This document shows, piece after piece, positions 1-14,290 of a stretch of 64,000 bases of DNA. A program made the position numbers and the translations under genes. Source of the DNA: Macrostomum lignano (Eukaryota); the NCBI GenBank assembly GCA_002269645.1, contig NIVC01000201.1, positions 186,001 to 250,000 of the forward strand, given 5' to 3'. The notes below the pieces were generated by a model that was not told the origin of the DNA, ran no database searches, and saw only the letters and a program-made list of their open reading frames with translations. The first letter of the stretch is position 1, and every line of letters begins with the position of its first letter.

Positions 1-288
1 ATGTCAGGAATGTGTTCATGCTTGCATCGCCATCGCCAGCTGTGTTGCTTGCACTCTAAAAGTTCACAAATAGCCTGCATCAGCTAAATCCGTTTGCGCT
101 TCATCTTGCGCTCATTTTTGTTTTCAATTCGAGCTTACAGTGCAGCTGCACTGATCTAAGGCGATCGACTTTGACACGTGGTGATGGATTGAGAGTGCAA
201 GTTTCAACAATCAGTCATCATTGCAATAATTCGGCTCAAACACTATCATTTCTGTTCATGCCTTTCGTTTACAATCAAATTGGTACTG

Positions 289-1433
<1,145 letters not shown>

Positions 1434-1763
1434 GGGTCTCGCCTGCCAGAAACGGATCCCACCGGTTGGAAACATGCCTCACCTGTTAGAAACGGGTCTC
1501 ACCTGTTACATGTTGAATTTGTCTCTTTGAAAAAGATTTCTCCTGTACGCTCGTAAATAGTGATTTTTCATATTATAACTTGAATTTTTTTTTATCTGCT
1601 AATTAAAAGGCATTATTCGAAAAAATATTTACCAGAAGGCTGGCAAAAAAGATACAATAGAAGAGAAAACATGGCAGCTTTGATTGTCCAAATATGGAAA
1701 TAACAATAGCGTTTTGCTCCGAGTTATTGCTGCGATTATTTTGTTAATAATTCTCTTTTTTAG

Positions 1764-2063
1764 TTGCCTTCCCTCGGTGACAATTGCGACAAAGCAGCAG
1801 GGGGTGCAGCTGCGCGTGCCTCCCTCACTGCCGAGGGAGAAGGGAAACAGCCTGCAGCTCTGGATGAAGAAAAAGCATTTTTAATACAAAATCCCTTTGA
1901 GATGAAGCGGGCAGAACGAGGATCTGACATTTTTCACCCGACATTCCTTAGGGGCTCGCCTGCTGGGTCACGCCAGGTTAAAGAAGATTCCTCCTTTGAG
2001 ATTAGCAGAAGCAGATCTAATCAGCGCGCTGCAGTCAGCTTGAGACTGCATCCTAAACTATAA
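1764..2063 (+). other. Possible terminal coding exon of a gene starting outside the window, or non-coding
   Basis: A pyrimidine tract plus AG (ttctctttttag, ends 1763) precedes a 99-codon open frame. No recognisable motif. Confidence 0.2.
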
Positions 2064-2435
2064 CTTGAGACTGCATCCTAAACTATAACTTGAGACTGCA
2101 TCCTAAACTATAACTTGAGACTGCATCCTAAACTATAACTTGAGACTGCATCCTAAACTATAACTTGAGACTGCATCCTAAACTATAACTTGAGACTGCA
2201 TCCTAAACTATAACTTGAGACTGCATCCTAAACTATAACTTGAGACTGCATCCTAAACTATAACTTGAGACTGCATCCTAAACTATAACTTGAGACTGCA
2301 TCCTAAACTATAACTTGAGACTGCATCCTAAACTATAACTTGAGACTGCATCCTAAACTATAACTTGAGACTGCATCCTAAACTATAACTTGAGACTGCA
2401 TCCTAAACTATAACTTGAGACTGCATCCTAAACTA
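2039..2435. repeat. Perfect 25-bp tandem repeat CTTGAGACTGCATCCTAAACTATAA, about 16 copies
   Basis: Identical units start every 25 nt from 2039 to 2414, with no spacers. Confidence 0.97.
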
Positions 2436-2444
2436 GACTAAACT

Positions 2445-2562
2445 AGGCAGACAGACAGACAGGCAGACAGACAGACAGGCAGACAGACAAACACACAGAC
2501 AGACAGACAGACAGACAGGCAGGCAGACAGACAGACAGACACACAGACAGACAGACAGACAC

Positions 2563-2595
<33 letters not shown>

Positions 2596-2651
2596 GAGAC
2601 ACACAGACAGACAAGACAGACACACAGACAGACAGACAGACAGACAGACAC

Positions 2652-2718
<67 letters not shown>

Positions 2719-2721
2719 CTA

Positions 2722-2794
<73 letters not shown>

Positions 2795-2809
2795 CTAAGA
2801 CAGACACTA

Positions 2810-2850
<41 letters not shown>

Positions 2851-2901
2851 CACAGACAGACAGACAGGCAGGCAGACAGACAGGCAGGCAGACAGACAGG
2901 C

Positions 2902-2966
<65 letters not shown>

Positions 2967-2981
2967 CTAAGACAGACACTA

Positions 2982-3018
<37 letters not shown>

Positions 3019-3019
3019 C

Positions 3020-3078
<59 letters not shown>

Positions 3079-3113
3079 GGCAGGCAGACAGACAGGCAGG
3101 CAGACAGACAGGC

Positions 3114-3196
<83 letters not shown>

Positions 3197-3255
3197 TAGA
3201 CGACAGACAGACAGACAGACAGACAGATAGACAGACAGATAGACAGACAGACTAT
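2445..3255. repeat. (GACA)n microsatellite with GGCA/CTAA variants, drifting to GATA at the 3' end
   Basis: Directly visible. Confidence 0.96.
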
Positions 3256-3831
3256 AGATCAATATAACTATAAGAGACAAGAAATGTCTTGGCTTCTAGT
3301 GGACAAATTGAGTTCGTGTCTGTGTTCGTTTCAGACTACTTTGACGTATTGAAACACTCTGCTTGATTATCATGAGAATTCAACTAATTTCTGTTGCTAA
3401 TACGCTTCAATATTATTGAGACTTTTTAAGACAGCGCAAAGGCCACTGCTGACAGGTAGACTAGACGTTCTGTTTTTTAGAAAAATCTTTTGAGAAGGGA
3501 TTAACATTCGAGAGAGGATTAATTCGATGAGCCTTCAAATCCAGCACTGTCTCTAAAAAATGAAATGTCTTTTTAAGGAAAATTGAGTCTTCAAAAATTC
3601 TCCAAGAAACGCGAGGGCCTTTCCCGCTACAAGAGCTTCAATGCTAAATTTAGGTCTGCAGAAGTGTTTATAGTTAAAAATCAAATGAACTGACAGAGCA
3701 GCCAATCAAAACCGGGCAGGCCTCCCTTCCCATCTCCTGCCTTCTCTCGCTCTCTTCCCTGAGTCTATTATAGTATCAAGCGGCCACATCGAGCTGCTCA
3801 AGTTCAGCACCTCCAGAGCAGCTCCATCAGC

Positions 3832-6024
3832 ATGGCAACAGTCTGGCTTGTGATTTTCGCAGGCATGGCAGCAGCAGCAGCAGCAGCAGCTGCTCCTCTA
3901 GAAGCAGCAAGGAGCAACAGTTCAACCCGTGAGCAGCTGCTGCCGGACAGCCGGTCGCAGATTCTGATGCCGCTGCTGCAGTGCCACCACCTGGGCGGAG
4001 AGGCTCGCCAGCAGCAGCGGCAGCTCACCCGGCTGGTGTCCCAGGCCGTGGACCCTCTCGGCCGCTGCCGCAGCCTGCCGCGCCCGTCGCAGTGGGTGTC
4101 CAATCCGCACACCCTGGCCCCCATGGCCGTCACGGCCGGCGCCTTGCTCGCCTCCCTGCTGCTCAACCTGCTGGTGCTCTGGCTGCTGCACGCCGGCAGG
4201 ATTCGCCTGTCGGACTTCGGCGTCATCAGCATCTGCATGAACTCCGCCTCCGACCTGGTGCTGGCCGTCAGCTGCCTTGTCGGCGACTTCCTGGTACCAG
4301 CGCTGTCCACAGCCGAGGCCGAGTCCACCATGGACCTCGTAGAGTCGATCTGGTCGGCGCTGACGTGCCGGTTCAGGGCGTACATCACGCAGTCCTGCCT
4401 CACCATGGACCTGCTCATCCTGGCCAGCCTCATGCGCTTCGCCCGGCCGCGCCACTACGACAGGGTGATCGGCGCCGCGCCCTGCGGCATCTTCATCTAC
4501 CCCAGCTTCGTTGCCTTCTTCAGCCTAGGCGGCAACATCTGGTATCTGGTGCTGTTCGAGTGCCGCCAGCTCGCCTTCAGCTACGACAGGCGGCTGTGGA
4601 GCAGCCTTCCAGTGCTGCTGTCCGATGAGCCCGCGGTGGCCAGGTTCCTCTTCGGCCTGTCCGTCTTCACGCAGGTGAGCAGCGGAGGCTCATCTCACAG
4701 CTCACTATATCCCATCTCACAGCTCACTATGTCCCATCTCACAGCTCACTATGTCCCATCTCACAGCTCACTATATCCCATCTCACAGCTCACTATGTCC
4801 CATCTCACAGCTCACTATGTCCCATCTCACAGCTCACTATGTCCCATCTCACAGCTCACTATATCCCATCTCACAGCTCACTATATCCCATCTCACAGCT
4901 CACTATGTCCCATCTCACAGCTCACTATGTCCCATCTCACAGCTCACTATATCCCATCTCACAGCTCACTATGTCCCATCTCACAGCTCACTATGTCCCA
5001 TCTCACAGCTCACTATGTCCCATCTCACAGCTCACTATATCCCATCTCACAGCTCACTATATCCCATCTCACAGCTCACTATGTCCCATCTCACAGCTCA
5101 CTATATCCCATCTCACAGCTCACTATATCCCATTTCACAGCTCACTATATCCCATCTCACAGCTCACTATATCCCATTTCACAGCTCACTATATCCCATC
5201 TCACAGCTCACTATATCCCATCTCACAGCTCACTATATCCCATTTCACAGCTCACTATATCCCATCTCACAGCTCACTATATCCCATCTCACAGCTCACT
5301 ATATCCCATCTCACAGCTCACTATATCTTAACTCACAGCTCACTATACACATCCAAACCCGCAGGTGCTGCCAGTCACGGTGGCGGCTGCATTTTACTTC
5401 GCCAACTCGCGCCAGTCTTCAGCCGACTCCGCTGGCGCCCCCGCCACCGCCGCAGCCTCCGCAAACGCAGCTTCCTCGTCAGCCCCCCAGCTGGCGCTCA
5501 GCGCCGAGGCCGTGGAGCAGCAGGGCAAGGCGCGCATGCGGCGGCAGCTGCGGCTGGCCGCCTGGCTGCTGGCTGTGCAGTCGCTCAGCCTGCCGAGCTC
5601 GCTGGCCACGGCCGGGCGGTTCCTGGCGCCGCCGAGTCAGCAGCGAGTCGGCTTGGCTCTCCTGACCACCGCCAACATCGGCAGCGTCGGCCTGGCGTTC
5701 ATGCTGGCGCTGAAGCCGCTGGTGTACCTCCGGCTGCACCCGGACATCCGGCTGGCGCTTCGGCGACTGCGGACATCTGGCGGACAGTCGGGAGAATCGG
5801 AGACTGAAGAGCGGCGGGACTCGCGGCCGGCCGGCAGCTCCCCCAGCGTGGAGGAGATCGAGGAACGCGGGGCGGCTGCGGAACCTGCGGCGGCGGCGGT
5901 GGCGCCTTTGATGTCGACGGGCGCCACCCCGGAGAATTTCCTGACGGTGGATCGCGGCGCCGCTCATCCATACGACGTTGAAGCTGCCAGCTGCGCCTCC
6001 AGCTTTGGTGGCTTGCAGAGCTGA
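3832..6024 (+). CDS. Orphan divergent rhodopsin-like 7TM GPCR, exons 3832-4674 and 5365-6024, about 500 aa
   Basis: Donor cag|GTGAGC at 4675 and acceptor ccgcAG| at 5364 are both phase 0 and join ...SVFTQ|VLPVTVAAAFYF. Seven hydrophobic segments. TM2 NSASDL, TM3 starting with Cys (CRFRAY...LMRF in place of DRY), TM7 KPLVY in place of NPxxY. N-terminus looks like a signal peptide. Confidence 0.75.
4691..5347. repeat. 22-bp minisatellite ATCCCATCTCACAGCTCACTAT, about 30 copies, filling the GPCR intron
   Basis: Directly visible. It occupies nearly the whole intron 4675-5364. Confidence 0.96.
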
Positions 6025-8285
6025 ACAGCTGAAGCTGACCGAAAGCGATGAAGCCAAAGCTACTGCTGCATCTGGTTGATAATTTGTTATTGAAGGTGAA
6101 ATATATTGTAACACCTGTCGCAAGGCAAGATAGGAATTGCGGTGTGCAGATCTTTGCTTTACTGGAATGGGGCAGGGCAGCTCAGACTCGCGCCGCAGAC
6201 CCTGGTTCGATGCTAAGGCTCAGAGAGTGTACATGCCTGACGATTAGACAGTCAGGACCGCTGTACACCCTGTGAGAGCGTGTGCATGAGTGCGTGCCTG
6301 AGTACAGTGTTGACGCGATTGTATGCTCAGGAGCAGAGGAATGGGCCGCATTTCTGTCCCCAGGCAGGCAGCGAAAACTTTTATTATTCCCCAACCGGAT
6401 GTCATAAAGCCAATCAGCTAGTTCACCAACTGGAACTCAACGAAACTCTCTTCATTAGTCGCATGCTATTTTGCCCCATTCAGCAAGGTGAAAATTGTGA
6501 GCATTAAGTAATGACCTCGAAAACAAGCACATCTTTCATGACAGCAAAATGACGAGTTGCCTCTTCTTTTTGAAGCAGAAAAATTTGCTCAACAGTATCC
6601 AATCTTAGAGTCTCCAGCGCGCGGCCTGCAATCAGGACGGCCTGCGCCCGCCCACGCATTCCTGTCATCTGCGGCAGAGATTTTATCCAGTAATCAGCCC
6701 GCATCATCAGCTCAGCCCCCTTTTCTACGGTGAGGAACATCCAGGAAATTTTTCAGCATCTCCGCATCGCCCCGCCCCGATCGCTGCACTGCCTGTAGCA
6801 AGTCGGGAGCGCCTTTCAATCAGCACAAGTCAAAGCTTGATAAGTCGTGCAGCTTCCTTGATCATTAACAAAAAGCTATCAGAACGTCTTTAATTTCGTA
6901 GATTCGTGCAGTTCTCAACTTTCAGTTTAAAATGAGAATTGTTTGAGAAGGCTTCTGCTACAGAAGGCAGGCCGTCACAAAGCCATCCGGGGTTTTTGAA
7001 AGTAAAGCTCAAAATATGAGCCTGAGTGGCAAACTCGGCATCAGAGGTTTAATTTAGAGTTCAGTTTTAAAAGAAATTGTTTTCCACCAGTGATTGGCCG
7101 CAACTCCCAAGTCTCTATCTTGCTTTGCCAAGGTGTAAACGCAGAACGCAGGTAATGCTCCCGATTTCATTTAGATTTTATTACATCGCAGCAGGTGATT
7201 AGCATCGGAGATCAAGGATTTGACTGCCGCTCTCAGCAGTAATTCCTGCTCGCCAGTTTTGATCGGACGCTTCTCATGGCCTATGCGCCTTCTTGAAAAC
7301 TTTGAGACTGACACCTGAGCACATTCAAGCGCGCCAATACCGCTACACGTCTCAAAAATGATTCACTACCAGCGATCCTGCAGGGCTGGAAAGTACATTC
7401 TCGTAAAGTCTCAGGCGTGTCATTCAAAAGTGGCAGAATTCAGGTGTGAGCTCCAGAGCCACCTGTTCCTCTCCTTCTCCACTCCTGGGCTGTGCCGGGG
7501 TGCCGGGGCAAACAGCTCATCTCCTCCCAGTCTCTTCTTTCTTAGAAATTTCCCAAGACAATCCGCCAGAGCCTCGCAGCAGGAAGGCCATGGGGAGCAT
7601 TATCGATCCCCAGCTTCATTATTTCTTTCGCCCCATCGCCCGGCGCACCTGAAAGTGAATGCCTATTTCCTCATCTGTTTACCCTGAGAGCTCAGGAGAC
7701 GCGGGAGTCTTAAAATAAAGAAACTCGGGCCTCCGTTTTTTGCAGTTTTCTTTCCAAGCGAAAACTCTGCGGCAGATGGAAAATTCCTGCAGCCTTGCGC
7801 AGCACGGAGGCTGCAGGCCCGCCCTGAGTCAACACGCCCGGCTCTCCCCTGTTCAGCCCGCCTCGGAGCGGCCGTTCCTCACGTCCCATAGGAATATTTT
7901 CTTATTTAGCTGTTTTCATATCTTTTTCATAGTTATATCCCGGAAAAGCCAGGGGCAGACAAGTCTGTGCAAGTGGAAACTCTGGCTGCTCATGTATGGC
8001 TGCCGAGGCATCTGAAATGGCATTGGTGCCCGGATTGGTGGCGCTGCCGTGCTTTTAGTCAGGTAGGAACTTTTAATTAAACGGAACTGATATCGCTTTG
8101 GCGGCAGCAAACAGAGCTCTGAATTGCCTTGTAGTTTTTGCAGGCTTGCTTTGTTCAATCCGTCATCCGGCCACAAATTAATCAGTCACGCCCTCTCACC
8201 TCAGTTAGCCTCGACAGCAGGCTGCTGAGATAAGTAAATATTTGCATTACTGGCTGAACTATTTTCATCTATCTACTGGTACATG

Positions 8286-8842
<557 letters not shown>

Positions 8843-9150
8843 TTTTCACCTTCCTTTCTCATCCCTTGTGTGCTAAGCACGTCACTCTCGGGAATATCAG
8901 TTCCAGTGCTAGTCGCGGGCGCAGCTGCATCCATAATTAAAAGCCCGCACTGTGTAACCCACAGCTCGACCCCAAGGAATCCGTGAAATATTCACGAGCG
9001 GCAGTAGGACTATTCGATTGAGCTTCTGCATTCGTGGGTAGAGCCGACTTCGTAGCAGCTGTCCTTGCGTTAGTGAGACTTGATATTCTCAGTGCCCCCA
9101 ACCTGAGTGCTGTGCCGCTTCGGTTCACTGGACCTGCAGATAGTTTTTAT

Positions 9151-9606
9151 GCATTCACTCTCACACTTGAGTTCACTCTCACACCCGCATTCACTCTCAC
9201 ACCTGCATTCACTCTCACACCTGCATTCACTCTCACACCTGCATTCACTCTCACACCTGCATTCACTCTCACACCCGCATTCACTCTCACACCCGCATTC
9301 ACTCTCACACCCGCATTCACTCTCACACCCGCATTCACTCTCACACCCGCATTCACTCTCACACCTGCATTCACTCTCACACCCGCATTCACTCTCACAC
9401 CCGCATTCACTCTCACACCCGCATTCACTCTCGAATCTGCATTTACTCTCACACCTGCATTCACTCTCACACCCGCATTCACTCTCACACCCGCATTCAC
9501 TCTCACACCTGCATTCAATCTCACACCTGCATTCACTCTCACACCTGCATTCACTCTCACACCTGCATTCACTCTCGAATCTGCATTCACTCTCACACTC
9601 ACTCAC
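9151..9606. repeat. 18-bp minisatellite GCATTCACTCTCACACC(T/C), about 25 copies
   Basis: Directly visible. Source of the FTLTPA and CESE pseudo-ORFs. Confidence 0.95.
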
Positions 9607-10234
9607 ATGGCTGTCCTCCAAAGAACTGAAATGATGAAGCCCAGGCTAGCAAATTTTGAAGTGAAGCTGCATTTTCACTCATCATCAAAACAGTGGCAGA
9701 GTCAACTCAGGGGGTTTAATTTAGCCCTTACACGAAACTGCTAATATGGCATGGGAAAGTTAATTTCCGCTTGAGGCGCGGCACAAAGGCGGTCCATTAA
9801 CGCTTCGCCTCGAGACCGCTTGAGGCCCTCCGCTCCGGCTCTGATCAAGTGCACTTGTCCCGCTTTTGGCTGAGGCTTCCGCTTGCGTTGAAAATCTTCA
9901 CCTTGGCCGGGTGAGGGGATTAAATCCCAAACAGGGAAGCCTGAGCCTCGGATTAGACACCTCAGCGCTTCAGCACCCGAGGCTTTCCGGGGGATTTCGA
10001 GGACTTAGCAGGGGATCTGCGCCAGCGCTGACTTTCTAATCCGAAAGCAAATGCCAGCGCAAACTTGCGGCATGCAGGATGAATCCAGAACCGGACATGT
10101 TTGACTTATTGCCAGGGTGAAATGATTGGAAAATATTTTTGTGTATTTCTGAAGATAAACAAAAAAGCAATGATGTGTGTTGGAATTTATTGCCAAGGTG
10201 ATAATGTATTAGCAAGGACCACTAAGGCCCCGTC

Positions 10235-11125
10235 TCTCTAGTTTGGCCTCCTGTCTCTTGGGTTTGGCGCCTCTGTCTCTTAGGTTTGGAGCCCCTGTCT
10301 CTTGGGTTTGACGCCCCTGTCTCTTGGGTTTGGCACCCCTGTCTCTTGGGTTTGGCGCCCTTGTCCTTTAGGTTTGGCGCCCCTGTCTTTTAGGTTTGGC
10401 GCCCCTGTCTTTTAGGTTTGGCGCCCCTGTCTTTTAGGTTTGGCTCCCCTGTCTTTTAGGTTTGGCGCCCCTGTCTTTTAGGTTTGGCGACCCTGTCTTT
10501 TAGGTTTGGTGACCCTGTCTTTTAGGTTTGGCGACCCTGTCTTTTAGGTTTGGCGACCCTGTCTTTTAGGTTTGGCGACCCTGTCTCTTGGGTTTGGCGC
10601 CCCTGTCTCTTGGGTTTGGCGCCCCTGTCTCTTGGGTTTGGCGCCCCTGTCTTTTAGGTTTGGCGCCCCTGTCTCTTGGGTTTGGCGCCCCTGTCTCTTG
10701 GGTTTGGCACCCCTGTCTCTTGGGTTTGGCGCCCCTGTCTTTTAGGTTTGGCGCCCCTGTCTCTTGGGTTTGGCGCCCCTGTCTCTTGGGTTTGGCACCC
10801 CTGTCTCTTGGGTTTGGCGCCCCTGTCTTTTAGGTTTGGCGCCTCTGTCTCTTGGGTTTGGCGCCAACTGTCTTCTAGGTTTGTTGCCCCTGTCTCTTGG
10901 ACTTGCGCCAACTGTCTTTTAGGTTTGGCGCCCCTGTCTTTTAGGTTTGGCGACCCTGTCTTTTAGGTTTGGCGCCCCTGTCTCTTGGGTTTGGCACCCC
11001 TGTCTTTTAGGTATAGCGCCCCTGTCCTTTGGGTTTGGCGCCCCTGTCTTTTAGGTATAGCGCCCCTGTCCTTTGGGTTTGGCGCCCTTGTCCTTTGGGT
11101 TTGGCGCCCTTGTCCTTTGGGTTTG
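10235..11125. repeat. 22-bp minisatellite GGGTTTGGCGCCCCTGTCTCTT and variants
   Basis: Directly visible. Confidence 0.95.
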
Positions 11126-11253
11126 TCTCTATAGTTAGGTATAACTGATAACTGGTAGGTAGGTCCGATTAGGTGTCCCAAAGTGGACCTCTTGTCGTTT
11201 TTGTTTTTTGATGAAGAGCAATTTTCGTGCGAGGCTCGGCTGTTCGCCGCGGG

Positions 11254-12323
11254 CTACTCGGTGTCATTGCTGACCAGCTGCTCAGTGAAGTAGCACACCT
11301 GCGAGCCCGTCTGCAAGAGTCTGGGCAGGATCTGCATCAGCCCCAGGAACCGCTCGTCCCGCAGCGGCACCCTGTAGGTGAACAGGTTTTCGGTGGTGTT
11401 GTGCAGGCCGCTGAAGTCGAACCGCTCGTCGGATTCAGCATCCAGCCGCTCCATCAGCTTCAGCAAGTCGGCCCGCATCGCCGGGTAGCGAAATGCCTCG
11501 GTGGCCTCCAGCAGGCGGGCCAGCGGCCTGACGAACTCGAGCTCGAAGATCTCCTTCAGCGCCAGGTAGTCGCGCCAGTGGTTCAAAAACTCGTCGACAC
11601 GCTGAAGCTCCGCCGCGGCGGCGCCTCTCTGCGGCTGCAGGCGGCGCAGGTCGGCCGCCTGGGCGCGGAGCTCGCGAAACTCGGCGATGGACGCGACGGT
11701 CGGCGCGGAGGAGCTGCTGGCGATGCACTGGAGCCGCTTCAGGGCTTCCAGGAAGGAGGCGGACTTGTTGGAGTGCCAGTCTCTGCGCGAATTCGGGCAG
11801 ACGAAAATCAAATTGGGTTAACTGGGATTGGATTCAAACGAATCTTTGAGAATCAAATCTGATTGAGTTCTCGGCAAAATGCATCGGATATTGCAATATT
11901 TAGGGGCTTGCTGGGTATCTGACATGCCAGCTTGAGTGCCAAGAATTCCAGTTTAGTGTCAGAAGCCTCTCTTTAGCTGTCAGGAAGCGTACTTTTTGGG
12001 TGTCTGACACAATCCACGTGACGCCTGATTGGGGTAGTCGCTTAATCCTTTGGAAGAACTCACTGACTGACTCACTGAACTCACTGTCATTCTATCAGCC
12101 ACTTGAAGGGGTTGCGCCAGGTTTCTCGCAGCCTTTTTACAGTTTTTATTACTATTGTTAGCACTTACTTGTAGGCCACCCGTCGCGCATTGAACACTTT
12201 GCGGTAGCGCTGCGCAGTCGCCTGCAGCTGGTCCAGCCTCTCCCGGTTCGTGGCCGGCTCTCGGACAGTCGGGGCGGCCGAGCTGCTGATGGGGTCGGAC
12301 AGTGCCAGCCGCACCTGGCTCAT
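11254..12323 (-). CDS. Uncharacterised helical protein, exons 12323-12169 and 11782-11254; weak resemblance to SPACA9/C9orf9
   Basis: ATG at 12323 (MSQVRLALSDP...RRVAYK). Donor aa|GTAAGT at 12168 and acceptor cgcAG| before 11782 are both phase 2 and join AYK-DWHSNKSASFLEAL. Stop TAG at 11254. Codon usage is GC-rich like neighbouring genes. The SPACA9 similarity is a by-eye comparison from memory. Confidence 0.7.
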
Positions 12324-13462
12324 CTCTGCTCTTTGGAGGTTAAGCAGTGCGCTTTGAGCGAAAATCAGCTCAACATTTGAGTTTGCGAACTTGAATCAGA
12401 CTTATTAACTGCAAACAGGTGCTTTTCAGTTTGCTCACTGGCTAGCGAAATCACTGTCAATAGATAAACTTTGTGCGCCGTGTATGCAAAAGCAGTCCTT
12501 CTTCAGCCACTGTTTGTCTTGCTTTGCAGCTTCAATTTAACTCAGCATCACCGGTCTGACATGCTTGTCTTTCCTTCTCTTCTCGTCTCCTCTTCTCTCT
12601 GCTCAGCTCATCTCCTACCCAGCTTTAAAATAGTCTTCAACAGGTGGGCGTGAAGCTCAGCGCTTGTCAGGCAGCACGGGCTGGCAGGTTACACAACCGA
12701 AGCGTTTTACCATATAGCGAGCCAGAGCTGACTCTGGTGAGGCTGTGAGGCGATGAAGTGCAGCAGCTGGCTTCCTCAATAGCCTTGTCATGGAAACGTA
12801 GAACGCGCGTCTTAGCTTTTTATTCTGCTGCGTGCCTTCTTTTAACCATGGCGGGATTCAGTGCTACTCCTTGTGGCTTCTCTTGTTCCCACCTACTTAG
12901 GAAACCAATCTTTGCAGTAGTGTAGCAAAGAAATGATTTAAAAAAGGGTTGAAGCCAGCCACATTAGTGGGTGCCCAACTTAAATAAAGTACCAGGTTTT
13001 AAAGTTAAATACGAGCTACTTTTTGTCTTAAATAATAATTAGCGGAACGCCCGGAGGGAGAAAGCAAAGGCAACGATTGGAGAGCACGAGCAAAACATCC
13101 TACCGCCCTGTATGGGCAACTTACGAGACATGAGTATATTTGGAAAGCATTCGAAAAAAACTATTTGGAAGAGTAAAAGGTAAACGAAGCGAAAGGAAAA
13201 AATAAGTTGCAGGAATTGCGAGAAAGGGGGGCTAAAAGCAGAAAAAAAACGCACTCAAGCTGGCGAGGAGAGATAGGCTGAGGCGGGCACAACGCACGGG
13301 GCTAAAAAGGCCCCACAGACACCCACCCCCGCCCCGGGGGCGGCGCACCCACCCCCGGACCAAGCACCCCCAAACACGGGCGACGACAAGCCCCCCCGGC
13401 CCCGCTAACAGCGATTGGCCAGCCAATCTACACATAATAGCAGTATTAACAATAATTGAGTT

Positions 13463-13740
13463 CACCTGCCCCAATTAGGCCAGATGTGCGACCGACAGCT
13501 CAGCCGCAGCTATTGCGCGGCGCATCTGAAGGCTGCGTACGGCTGTTCAGTCCAAGGACTGGGGGGTCGCCACACGCACCCTCAATTACCCCAGCTAATG
13601 CTGGCTGGGTGAGCTGAAGCAATGCAGAGTTAAAAGTGTCTTGTTCAAGGACACAAATTATTCAGAGTGGGTCGAGCCTCGAACCCCCGACCTTTCATCA
13701 GTCGTTGTCCAAGGCTGTTTTCACTAGGCTGCAACCCCCA
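13463..13740 (-). mobile_element. tRNA-derived SINE with a CORE-like central domain (copy 1)
   Basis: On the minus strand: degenerate A box (cagcctagtg), B box (ggttcgaggc), then tgtgtccttgaacaagacactt. About 190 bp closely match 43713-43920. Confidence 0.7.
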
Positions 13741-14290
13741 CTTAAATGAAAACGAATGAAATACCACAAGATCGGTTCACATTTATGCTTTTACTGTCTT
13801 CAGCTTTGTCAACTTCGGCTTGAGTTCAGCTCAGCTGTACACTTCAACATATTAAGCCTACATTTTACTTGTACATGTAGTACTTTTAGTGCTCTTAGTA
13901 CACTGCAACAATAATGCGTGTTTTGCCGCTTGCACCTGGCCTGCATGTCCGATTTGATAATAACATGTCATTAGAGCGGGTCTTTACTGACCTAAATCAG
14001 TGCAGCCTACTTGCAGTAGTACGTACATGCACAAGCAGTCTCACAAGCAGGCTCACGGTAAGTATGAAGCAGGAAGACTTGAACTGGAGTGACGGTGAAT
14101 AACCATGGAGACAGCTGCTACTGTATCTTTTCAAGTAGACCATAAATTTATTTTATTGATTTGTAACGCCAAATTATTGTCAGTTAAATAAGACAAATTA
14201 CTTGACAAAAATATTGCACCGGATATTGTAATGCTGTTATAATAAGTATTAATAAGTCTCATGCCTGCCCTTGGCTCGGAGTCAGCCGTC

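Noticed and set aside
2039-2435. Regular 25-bp array resembling a CRISPR
   Set aside because: Units are directly adjacent with no unique spacers, there are no cas genes, and the context is eukaryotic.
4675-5364. 499-, 304- and 322-aa ORFs with SHLTAHY repeats
   Set aside because: Read-through of a 22-bp intronic minisatellite; canonical phase-0 splice sites flank it.
6504-6740. 78-aa minus-strand ORF
   Set aside because: In-frame stop just upstream, no recognisable motif and no supporting splice structure.
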